Position numbers and translations under genes: made by a program. DNA of 64,000 bases from Blastocladiella emersonii ATCC 22665 (Eukaryota; Fungi; Blastocladiomycota), in NCBI GenBank assembly GCA_025594325.1, contig JANHCV010000006.1, positions 186,001 to 250,000 on the forward strand, written 5' to 3'. The first letter of the stretch is position 1, and every line of letters starts with the position of its first letter. The notes under the pieces are model-generated. The model was not told the DNA's origin. It saw only the letters and a program-made list of their open reading frames with translations, and searched no databases. Shown one piece after another: positions 34,205-43,779 of the stretch.

Positions 34205-36478
34205 CTAGCCACTCAAGTTCAGATGGACCTTCTTACATTCCTCTGGGTTGGCCAAAATCCAAGCTACGAAGGCCCTGGTCCATTCGCACTTGAGCTTGCA
34301 CTCTTCTTCAACCTTGGCCAAAAGATCGTGAAAGTCGCTGTCAGCATTGGGAACCGGATTATCCCATAGTTTGCCTTTAAAGGACATAACCAAGTCTCGC
34401 TCAATAAACCGAGAATTGTCGATCTGGGCGAACATCCGTTGAACTGCAGATTTGATTGCTTCAAAGAATCCCTTGTGCGGCCATGAGAGATCCACAACTC
34501 CGTTTTCGAAGCGGGCAAATTTACCGGGTTCGGAATGATTATCAGCGATGTCAGGCAGGGGAATGCAATTCTCAAGCTTTTCCTCGAGCCGCGTCTTTTC
34601 AGCGGAAAGCCGATCAACGTCGCCCTTGAGTTGGGCGACCGCCGCGTTCGCGCTCTCAAGTTTGGCGTTGGTTGCGTCCCGCTCGTCGCGAAGCTGCTTG
34701 AGATCGTGGTCGCGCTCGCGGCGGACCTGGCTAAGCTCTCCACACAAACCCTCGAGCTCCGTGGCAGTTTTGGCGACAAGGCGTTCGGCTGTGATCGCAC
34801 GGGCGGAGAGGGCGTCCCGTTCAGTCTGAGAGTTGGATTGGGCGCAAAGGGCACCGTCACGGGCCGCTGTCGCGGCAGCGAGCTCGGTGGCAAGGGTGCA
34901 AGCGCGGGACTCGGCGGCAGCGAGGCGCCGCTCCGTCTCGTCGTGCGAGGCACGCAGCGAGGAAAGCGCCGTACGAGTTTCAGCGAGCTCGGCGATGATG
35001 GACTCGAGTTGCGCGGCGGCCGAGTCAAGCTGCTGCGAGAGCTTGGCGTTCACGGCGTGCGATTCGGCAAGATCCGTGGTAAGCTTGGTGTTGCTAGCCT
35101 CAGAAGCGGAGAAGCGGTCAGAAAGCTGAGCGTGGTCGGCGCGCAGGTTTTCGATGGTCGCGCTGTGGTCGGCGACCAGCTGCTCGGCCGCGGTTGCGCG
35201 TGTTGAGAGCGCGTCGCGTTCGTCACGCGTCTCGGCATGGGCGCGAACGGCACCGTCACGGGCCGCTGTCGCGGCAGCGAGCTCGGTGGCAAGGGTGCAA
35301 GCGCGGGACTCGGCGGCAGCGCGGAGCCGCTCCGCCTCGCTGTGAGAAGCGCGCAGCGAGGTGATCGTGGAGCCCGCTTCCTTGAGTTTGGCGAGAGCGG
35401 GCGCAAGGTCGCTGGTAGCCGAATCGAGCTGCTGAGAAAGCAAAGCCTGCTCGGCGCGGGCATTGGCAAGCTGCGCGGTGAGCTCGGTGACCTGGGTGGA
35501 AAGCGCGTCATCCTTGGCCGTGGAAGCAGAAAGCAGCTGGGAGACGCTAGCGTGGTCGGCGCGAGACGCGTCAAGCTCAGTCGAGGTCGTGTTGAGATCA
35601 GCTGCAAGCGTTGCAGCATGGGACTTGGTCGTGGCAAGCTTCTCCATAGTCTCGGCCAACGCCGCCTTGGTCGCGACAAGCTCAGTCGTCGCCAAGTCGC
35701 GGTCGGCAAGCGCGGCGGCGTGCTGGGCCCGAAGCGTGTCGTACGCCGCCTTGAAGTGCAAGGCACGGTCCTCGGCGGTCTGGCGCACGTTGAGAGCAGC
35801 CTGGCGGTCGCGGAGGGCGACGTGAAGCCGGGTCTCCAAGTCGAGCTTTTCGGACGTAAGCGTGTCGCGCGAAGCATTGTTGGACTCGTTGCGAGCCATG
35901 AGCGCGTCCCGCTCGTCGTCGCGTTTCCGCTTCAGCTCGCGCCGCTGCTGCCGCTCGCTGGCGACCTCGGCGGAAAGCTGGCTGATGTCGAGACGCATCT
36001 TGCGGCGCTCCTGGGTGTGCGTGCCCCAAAGCTTCCGAAGCCCACCATTTTCGACAGCATCGACGTGAGGTTGGGCCGGAGGAGCTGGCGAACGTTGATG
36101 ATGGTGAGCATGGCCGGGACGATGAAAATGCATCTGCGGCTGCGGCTGCGGCTGCGGGTACAGAAGCTGTTGCTGCTGGAGCTGCTGGTTACGGAGAGCT
36201 GGAGCGGAAGCGGAAGTAGAAGCAGATCTGCTTCTAGAAGAAGCAGGAACAAAGTCGGAAACAAAAGTCGTGGACTGGCGGAGAGGCGAATGCGTGTTCG
36301 GTGCGTGGGTAGAAGGGAGAAGCGGAGGCCGTTGAGCTTCAACTCGGTACAAGCCGGTTGGAAGGTCGTCCGCGTCAAACTTGGCAGACAAGTGCTGCTG
36401 GGGCGCAGGCCGCGGCAACTGCGGCCGGCGCGCCGTTGCATCCGATCGCGGCTGGTGTTGACCGCCGGGTAGATTCAT
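34205..36478 (-). CDS. 757-aa coiled-coil protein
   Basis: Long intronless ORF with an Ala/Leu/Glu heptad core and an internal repeat (SH.E.ER..AAAESRACTLATELAAATAARDGA x2). It has a distinct globular-looking C-terminus. Confidence 0.7.
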   Translation of the reverse strand: MNLPGGQHQPRSDATARRPQLPRPAPQQHLSAKFDADDLPTGLYRVEAQRPPLLPSTHAPNTHSPLRQSTTFVSDFVPASSRSRSASTSASAPALRNQQLQQQQLLYPQPQPQPQMHFHRPGHAHHHQRSPAPPAQPHVDAVENGGLRKLWGTHTQERRKMRLDISQLSAEVASERQQRRELKRKRDDERDALMARNESNNASRDTLTSEKLDLETRLHVALRDRQAALNVRQTAEDRALHFKAAYDTLRAQHAAALADRDLATTELVATKAALAETMEKLATTKSHAATLAADLNTTSTELDASRADHASVSQLLSASTAKDDALSTQVTELTAQLANARAEQALLSQQLDSATSDLAPALAKLKEAGSTITSLRASHSEAERLRAAAESRACTLATELAAATAARDGAVRAHAETRDERDALSTRATAAEQLVADHSATIENLRADHAQLSDRFSASEASNTKLTTDLAESHAVNAKLSQQLDSAAAQLESIIAELAETRTALSSLRASHDETERRLAAAESRACTLATELAAATAARDGALCAQSNSQTERDALSARAITAERLVAKTATELEGLCGELSQVRRERDHDLKQLRDERDATNAKLESANAAVAQLKGDVDRLSAEKTRLEEKLENCIPLPDIADNHSEPGKFARFENGVVDLSWPHKGFFEAIKSAVQRMFAQIDNSRFIERDLVMSFKGKLWDNPVPNADSDFHDLLAKVEEECKLKCEWTRAFVAWILANPEECKKVHLNLSG

Positions 36479-36737
36479 TCGCTACGTTGCTGGATGTCCT
36501 GGTGGAGAGAGAGAGAATGCGAGCGCCTGGTTTGTTGGGCCTTGTTGTCCCTGTGGCGACAAGGAGGTGTCGCCACACCACGCACTTCTGCAACTGAGGC
36601 CCGATCAGCCGCCGTGGGCGTCAACGCCACAGCGTTTCAGCGCAGCGCGGGTGTAAATTGGACGCGTGATGGTCCGCGTGATGGCCAGCGTGATCCCTGC
36701 GTCAGTCACGTCAAGAAGCGTCGCCCCGCCTCTCTCA

Positions 36738-36742
36738 CTAAC
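36738..36742. repeat. Left target-site duplication CTAAC
   Basis: Matches 53473..53477. A 6-bp ACTAAC reading is formally possible but makes the ends asymmetric. Confidence 0.9.
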
Positions 36743-37670
36743 TGTTGTATCCCTTAAGGGATACGACATGGGCTGACCCACTGCCACTCGGGCTGACCAA
36801 TTGCTTACCCCGAGCGGTTGGCAGCAGTCACTCGGGGTAACCACGTGAGACCCAGTTGCTTACCCCAGGTGGTTAATAAAATGTTGGATTCAAATGTCGT
36901 GTTCCCTTAGGGAACACGACATGCGGACGGAGGCCGAAGGCCAAAGCAGGTGGGTGGGAGGGTGGGTGGAAGGGAGGGGGGCGAGTGGTCGAGGAGTGAG
37001 TCCCTGACCTGACCCCCAAGCCAGTCCCTGACCAACCCCTTGGGCTGACCATTGCTTACCCCGAGCGGTCGGCGGCGGCCGGCGAGCGCAGCGAGACGAA
37101 GAGCAGCGCAGCTGCGGCTACCCACTGACAGAGTTCCCTGGTCTGGTCCCTGAGCACGGCTGCGAGTCGATCTGCGAGTTGATCTGTGAGTTGATCTGCG
37201 AGACAAGTCTGAGAGCAGATCCCTGAGCCCGTCCCTGACCAACCACTCAGGCTGACCATTGCTTACCCCGAGCGGTTGGCGGCGGCCGGCGAGCGCAGCG
37301 AGACGAAGAGCAGCGCAGCTGCGGCTACCCACTGACAGAGTTCCCTGGTCTGGTCCCTGAGCACAGCTGCAAGTCGATCTGTGAGCAGTCCCCGAGCCAG
37401 TCCCCAAGCCCGTCCCTGACCACCTGCCGCAAGCGGCTGCTATGAAGCCACTCACCGTAAAGGTCCCAATTTCCCCTATGAAACAGTCAGTGTCTATATA
37501 GAGTACCAGCATTCTATAGGGGAAATTGGGACTTTCAAAGACAAGAGGTCAGGGTACGGGGGTCAGGGCAGGGGAGCGTCTTAGCAGCATCAATGTATTG
37601 GGCAGGACAAGGGTCAGGGTACGGGGTCAGGGTACGGGAGCGTCTTAGCAGGCAGCGTCTTAACAGGCAA
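36743..37670 (+). repeat. Left TIR (~930 bp; inner limit approximate)
   Basis: Reverse complement of ~52545..53472. Contains palindromes at 36743-36768, 36895-36921 and 37463-37532, a ~200-bp internal direct repeat, and repeated TTGCTTACCCC. Confidence 0.92.
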
Positions 37671-37679
37671 GGGAGCGTC

Positions 37680-40674
37680 TTAGAGCTCGTCCAGGTCCAG
37701 CTCGAGGACAAACGGCGCCGACTTGGCTGGAGCAGTGGTCCAGGTCTTGTACAGGGCAAAGTACTTGTGGTTGTCTGTCCACTCAAAGTTAGTGTAGCGC
37801 TTGCCAGCAATCTCAACCTGGGGCTTCTCCTTGTCGCTCTGGGTGATCTTCTTGTTGAAGTAGGTGTTGAGCAGCTGGGATAGCATGGCAGCGTTGCCAC
37901 CACAGCCAGCCCAGACCCGCTTGAAGTACTTGTTGATGCCCTTGTTGAACTTGGCAGGGACAGTTGCATGGATGTCAAACTTTTCAGCTGTGCGAAGGTC
38001 CATGTTGTTGTGCTCCAGGATCTTGTGCAGGACGTGGGCCGCGTCCTTGGTGTAAAAGTGCTTGATCTGCTCCATGAACCCCTTGGCGTTGCTGTCCCAG
38101 ATGAACTCCATGTCGGCCTCGGTCAGGCCCTTGAATGTGTGGACAAAGAAGCTCTTGCGGATTGAGAGGCAGGTGGTCCAGGTTGGCTTGTCAAGGCAGC
38201 CATTCACGTGATTGTCAATGACCTCCTCAGATGGCAGCTTGACGTTTGCCCAGTCAAAGGACCAGCCCAAGTGAATGACCTCCTTGATCTCGGGGTGCAC
38301 CTCGTAGTAGTACTTGGGGCAGTTGTCAATGACAATGTTGGCAATCTTGCGGAACTCGTCAAAGACAAGGTGGCAAGCAGTCACTGCAGCCATCTCGTTC
38401 TCGAGCACCGAGTTCTTGACAATGGCGCTGTGCATGTCGCCAATTGGGAAGGTGTTGATGACCATGGTCCGGTTGATGAACGCGCTGCGACCGTTGGATT
38501 GGGCCATGAACACAATCTCATTGTCGATGGGGTTGCGCACGCAGTAGATTGCTTGGAAGAAGTCGCAGATCGGGAACCAGGACTCATAGCGCGCGTACAC
38601 CTTGTCGAACTTGCGCTTCTCCAAGAAGTTGACACCAACGGGGATCTTGAGGTTGGCAATGACCACGCGGACCGTCTCCTTGCCCCAAACAGTGTCAGGG
38701 TCAACAAGTTCCTTGGACTTGTCAGCAGGACGGTCGCCGTGGTACACCTTGATCTCCTCGCCGATCTTCCAACCCATGACCCGCTCAAGGTGCTCGCCAA
38801 AGGTCTGGCTGGACTGACCAGATGGACTTGGGGTCGATCTTGCGCGGGATGAACAGGTAGAGCTTCTTGCCATCTTGCAGGTCCTGGATGATGTTGCGTT
38901 CCATGACGTCCTCAGCGCGTAGGCTGAGCGCCGGGTCCTTGTTCTTCTTGGTGGCAATGTACGTCATCTTGCGCGGCACGTAGTTCTTGGGGAGCTTGTT
39001 CTTGATCACCTTGATCTTACCACTCATGATGGTCAGGATGTTGTGCTCGACAGTAAAGGAGCAGAGGACGTCCATGGTCAGGTTTGTGATGAACGCGTCC
39101 ATGAAGATGCCCTTGCTGTCCTTGTGCTCGCAAAGCGTCTTGAAGGCAATGAGGTTGGCAACCAAGTTGTTGCCCTTAGAGGTCTTGTGGAGCGTGTCGT
39201 CTTGGAACATTTTGAGGACCGTCTCTGACTCATCCACCACGACAATGTTGTAGGGCTTGGAGATGTAGTGCAGGGAACAGGGCGAGACAATGAGTCGATT
39301 GTTGTCTCCCATGGTCTTCTTGTCAACGTTGCGGTAGTTGACAAATCCGAGGTTGTGTTCGTTGTTGAGCCGACCCTCCGTGTTGTGGGCCAGGGTGATG
39401 CGAGGGGTGATCCAGACCACGCGCGAATTAGGGTACTTGGCAATGTAATCGCAAACAGCGCCCGTCTTGTTGGAGCCCATACCCGCAGCCAGCACGTTGA
39501 ACTTGGCAGTTGTAATGTCGTCACCTGACAGGTACGGTTCCTTGCTGGTCACGTCCACAGGTACCTGGAGCGACTCCTTGAACTGCTTCATGGCCTTGGA
39601 CTTGAACGCGTCCGGGAAGCGGGCAAGAAAGATGCCCTTGATCAAGCTGTCTGGTACCTGGTAGTTGTCGTTGCTGGCAATCTCGTTCCACCGGTCCCAG
39701 TACTTTTGCATGCGCTGAGCCGAGTTGTCCTGCTGCGACGTCCACGCCCAGAACTGGTCAAATGTGACCCCTTTGTGCATGGCCCATGTCATGATCCGCC
39801 AGGTCACGTTGTTGTGGAACGCGTTCTCGGGGCTGATGGGGATGTTGTGGAGGATCTCGAGTGGCGTGGCGTCGTAGTAGAAGAAGTTGGGGTCGATCGT
39901 CACACCCTCAAACTTGGGAATGTCCAGGTTGAAGTCGAGGCGACCCTCGTGGCGCTTGGTCCGCGCTTCCTTGGCCTTGGCAGACACAAACTCTTCAAAG
40001 GACAGGTCCGAGACCGGCACGCAGTTGGGGTCAAAGTCGCACTGGATCAAGTGCTTGGACAGGCGGTCCTTGTTGCCCGAGATCCACACGCCGGGCGTCT
40101 TCTTGGGCTTGGACTGGTTGATGCACTTCATGAAGCGGTGCTTGCTGTACACGCTGGAGTCAAAGCCGAGCTTGACGTGGTCGGGGTGGCTGCAGAACAG
40201 CTTCAGGAACGGCATGTCCTTGAGCGTGACCGTGTAGTTGCTGATGACAATGTGCCACGACTTTTTGAGGTCTGTCTCGTAGCCGCAGACCTGGAGGTTG
40301 GCGCCGGGGAACTGGGTCAGGATGACCTTCTTGATGACGTCCAGGGTCACGTCCTTGCGGTTGCCTGGGCAGTCAATGTCAAAGTAGACCTTGGACAGGC
40401 AATCGGGGTGGACCATCTCCTGGATGCAGCGGTTCTTGTCGAGGAGCCTGGCCAGGTCGGCTGTCTTGACCTTGGCAAAGTAGTGTGCTGCAATGGGCTG
40501 GCCATTTTTGTCAACGCCCTTGTCAACGAGGCGCTTGATGACCGTCTCGTCGTCTTGCAGCTCAGACAAGAGCGTGCGCTGAGGGCCCATGTCACTGTCG
40601 CCACCATCCTTGCCATGGAACCACTTGAGACCAAAGGCGGTGCCATATTTACCGGGAACCTGCTTGCAAGGCAT
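37680..40674 (-). CDS. AEP-type primase fused to SF2 (UL9/origin-binding-like) helicase, split by a frameshift near 38815-38830
   Basis: AEP motifs VYFDID, SWHIVI, DSSVY..R.MKCINQSK. Helicase motifs AGMGSNKT, VVWITPRITL, VVVDESE, FMDA, and IKVYHGD/VVIANLKIPVG in the second frame. The span is 2995 nt; removing 1 nt gives one 997-aa frame. Confidence 0.8.
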
Positions 40675-40854
40675 GTTGTTATGATGAGGTAACAGAAAAG
40701 GTGACAGGACAGGTGCGTTTAAACGCGCAGGATTTAGCGTTAATGACTGTGCCCCGGGAGCCCTTGAAGGCATGGCCCATGACTTGCCACTGTCCTGACC
40801 CAGGCCCAGCTGCCCTTGCGTGACCTGACCCTGACCCAGACACGACCTCCCCCA

Positions 40855-41375
40855 TGAGCCCAACTTGGGAGCCAATCGCGTCTCAGGTCACGATCCTTGA
40901 ACCGTGACCTGGGCAGCAACTGAGGGCAACGTCACGGCCCCCCATGCTCCTGACTTGGGAGCCAGCAGAGGCCGAGGTCACAGCCCGCTCAAACCGTGAC
41001 CTGGGCAGCGACTGAGGGCAAAGTCACCGACCCCCCCCCCCCATGCTCCCGACTTGGGAGCCAATCGCGTCTCAGGTCACGATCCTTGAACCGTGACCTG
41101 GGCAGCGACTGAGGGCAAAGTCACAGACCCCCCAGGAGCCCAACTTGGGAGCCAATCGCGTCTCAGGTCACGATCCTTGAACCGTGACCTGGGCAGCGAC
41201 TGAGGGCAAAGTCACAGACCCCCCAGGAGCCCAACTTGGGAGCCAATCGCGTCTCAGGTCACGATCCTTGAACCGTGACCTGGGCAGCGACTGATGGCAA
41301 ACTCACGGCCCCCCATGCTCCCGACTTGGGAGCCAGCAGAGGCCGAGGTCACAAACCTCTCAAACCGTGACCTGG
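40855..41375. repeat. Tandem array of ~91-bp units (about 5-6 copies), each with an AGGTCACG-N10-CGTGACCT inverted repeat
   Basis: Units start at 41141 and 41232 (CAACTTGGGAGCCAATCGCGTCTCAGGTCACGATCCTTGAACCGTGACCTGGGCAGCGACTGAGGG...). The array lies between divergent genes. Confidence 0.9.
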
Positions 41376-41501
41376 GCCCTCCCACGGTCCATGACTTGCC
41401 ACCATCATGACCCTGACCCAGGCCCAGCTACCCAGAAAAAAGAACGTTGCGTTCAAACGCACTTGAGCCCATGGAGCCTTTTTGTTGACAGTCAGTAAAC
41501 C

Positions 41502-42638
41502 ATGGCGCTTGACTCTCTTGCCTCCCAGGTCGCCATTGCCCTCGCTCAGCACTTTGCCACCGATGTAGTGCACCAAGTGCTCGATGGTATCAAGCCGCTG
41601 CTGGCATCCTTTGACGAGCGGCTCAAGGGAGTTGAGACCAGCCTCGCCGCGCTGGCTGCAGTGTCACGTAACTGCAATCACCGTCCCAATCACACCCCCG
41701 TCGACGAGTCTGGCGAGCCCATGGACACTGACCCCCAGGTCAAGTACGCGCAGATGACCGAGGAATCCATTGCGGCGTGCGTCAACGCACGTGTTCAGAA
41801 CAAGCACGGGGAACTGGTTGAGCTGAGCGACACGGACAAGGCCAAGACATCCCGCGTGCTCTGTGCCTTTGCCAAGCCGGGCATGGACATTGAAGACGTT
41901 GACGCTGTGTCCAAAGCTGTGGCAGCGTACCGTGCGTCCAAGGGCGAGCAGGGGCTGCAGGTTGAGACGCTCAAGGCCCTGGCCAAGTACTGCACCTGGA
42001 ACGGGTGGACCGAACTCGGGGCCAAGTACACAGAGGCCAAGAAGCAGGACGCTGCCGACTTCTGCGACGCGCGCAAGGAACTCGAGTCTGGTGCGCTCCC
42101 AAGCCGTGACGCCATTTGCGCCGCTATTGTTGATGCAAAGGGCTTGGGCACAGGGCTCCTGCGTCTGTACCTCCAAGTTGTGAGTGTGGTGCGCTCCGAC
42201 CCTGCGTTCCTGACCACAAAGCCAACCACTGGGTACCCGTACTACGACCCAGAGACCCAGATTCTGGCCGGCGATGTCATTGTCAAGACAGAGGGCTGTG
42301 GCTACAACTTCTCGCACACAGTTAGTGAGCCCAAGGTCGCCGCCGCTCTCAAGCGTATCCTCGCCCAGCGTCTCGCCGAAGGTCATGACTTTGTCTTCAA
42401 CAACTACACCCTCGAGGAGCTCAAGGACACCACGCTCCGCAAGAGGGTTAGCAGCACCTGGTGTACGTCGATTAGTCGGGCTGCAAAGACGGTCGGCTTT
42501 GAGGATGGCGGCGTGGCAGTGATCCGCCGTATCTCCACCAGCGAGAACTTTGCCGCGCAGCAAGCTATTGCTGACCGCGCACACGAGATGGGTCACAGCG
42601 TCCCTGTTGCCCTGACCTACTACATGACGCCTCAGTAA
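41502..42638 (+). CDS. Tyrosine recombinase (divergent, PLV-type)
   Basis: The C-terminal catalytic pattern VIRRISTSE...ADRAHEMGHSVPVALTYY corresponds to HxxR...LGH...Y. An upstream LLRLY Arg and IVKT Lys are candidate catalytic residues. Confidence 0.7.
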   Translation: MALDSLASQVAIALAQHFATDVVHQVLDGIKPLLASFDERLKGVETSLAALAAVSRNCNHRPNHTPVDESGEPMDTDPQVKYAQMTEESIAACVNARVQNKHGELVELSDTDKAKTSRVLCAFAKPGMDIEDVDAVSKAVAAYRASKGEQGLQVETLKALAKYCTWNGWTELGAKYTEAKKQDAADFCDARKELESGALPSRDAICAAIVDAKGLGTGLLRLYLQVVSVVRSDPAFLTTKPTTGYPYYDPETQILAGDVIVKTEGCGYNFSHTVSEPKVAAALKRILAQRLAEGHDFVFNNYTLEELKDTTLRKRVSSTWCTSISRAAKTVGFEDGGVAVIRRISTSENFAAQQAIADRAHEMGHSVPVALTYYMTPQ

Positions 42639-42666
42639 TCCTTTTGTCTCCGCCTTTGTTAATACA

Positions 42667-43779
42667 ATGTATGCCCACAAAGAGCCGCTCACAGACGCAC
42701 AGCAAGCATTCCTGACAGACTTGTACTACAAGCATGGCCACGTAGGTGTTGGCATCCGTCGGCTCTTTGACATTGTGTCCAGAGAGAACACAGGGAAGCA
42801 CATCTACCACGCCCAGCTTGAGAGATGGCTCGGCAAACAGTCTGTGTGGCAGCAGTACAAACGCGCACCTCAGAAGCGCCGAGACATTCGAAGCATCAAC
42901 TCAACAAGTCCTGGCCGCAACTTTCAGCTCGACCTCATTGACATGGGCGAAAATGGTACGTACAAGGGCTTCTGTTACATTCTCACGTGTGTCGACCTGG
43001 CGAGCCGCCGCGTCTACCTCCAACCCATCAAGACCAAGGACAAGACGCGGGAAGCATGGTCCAGCGTGGTCGCCAAGCACAGCCTTGCACCTGCCACGAT
43101 CCAGACGGACAATGGGACCGAGTTCTTTGGCATAGAGGCCGGGACTGAGGCCAAGCACATCAAGGGCAAGGCAGGAGTGCCATACGGTCAAGGTGTTGTT
43201 GAGCGTATGAACGGGACCATCTGCCGGATGCTCACACCGTGGCTGTCCATCCCGGGCAACAACGACTGGCCCAAGCACCTCGAGACCATTGAATCTGTGA
43301 TCAACAGCAGCAAGTCGAGGGCCACGGGCAGGGCGCCCAACGAGTTCCATGACATGCCCCGCGAAACGGCCAAGCAAGAGCTCAAGGAGATCCGAGCTGC
43401 CAAGGGCAAGCCCGAGGGCGACCCTCTGAGCGCGTTGTTGAAGGTAGGGACCCAGGTCCGAGTCCGCGAGCCGTACAAGACTGCCATGGAGGCCAAGGGG
43501 AAGCTGGTCTGGTTGACAACTGTGAGCCAGGTCCAGGTTGTGCGCAAGGGGTTGGGTGTGAGCAATCCGAGCTACAAGGTCCAAGGCCTCAAGGGCTTCT
43601 ACCCTCGAAGCGACGTCCAGCCAGTCACAGTGACCCAGGACCCGCCGACAAGGCCACGCATGGCCCCAAGTCTTCCAAGGCTCCCTGTTGCGCGCACCCC
43701 GGTCACGCCAAGGGAGCCCTCGACCCGGGTCAGGCGCGTCCTAGTCCGAGTCCAAGAAAAGTGGGACCGCGGGCTTTAG
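42667..43779 (+). CDS. Retroviral-like (rve/DDE) integrase of Polinton type
   Basis: Catalytic triad in FQLDLIDM, IQTDNGTEF and GVVERMNGTI. Polinton-like N-terminus LTDLYY..G...LF and C-terminal KVGTQVRV...W....V.....NP.YKV. Confidence 0.92.
   Translation: MYAHKEPLTDAQQAFLTDLYYKHGHVGVGIRRLFDIVSRENTGKHIYHAQLERWLGKQSVWQQYKRAPQKRRDIRSINSTSPGRNFQLDLIDMGENGTYKGFCYILTCVDLASRRVYLQPIKTKDKTREAWSSVVAKHSLAPATIQTDNGTEFFGIEAGTEAKHIKGKAGVPYGQGVVERMNGTICRMLTPWLSIPGNNDWPKHLETIESVINSSKSRATGRAPNEFHDMPRETAKQELKEIRAAKGKPEGDPLSALLKVGTQVRVREPYKTAMEAKGKLVWLTTVSQVQVVRKGLGVSNPSYKVQGLKGFYPRSDVQPVTVTQDPPTRPRMAPSLPRLPVARTPVTPREPSTRVRRVLVRVQEKWDRGL

Noticed and set aside
36907-37512. 201-aa ORF mirrored at 52703..53308
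   Set aside because: It lies wholly in the TIR repeats, has low-complexity translation and a non-ATG start. Its duplication is explained by the TIR.
40855-41375. Hairpin repeat array as a CRISPR array
   Set aside because: The inter-repeat sequence is itself repeated (no unique spacers), no cas genes are present, and the context is eukaryotic.
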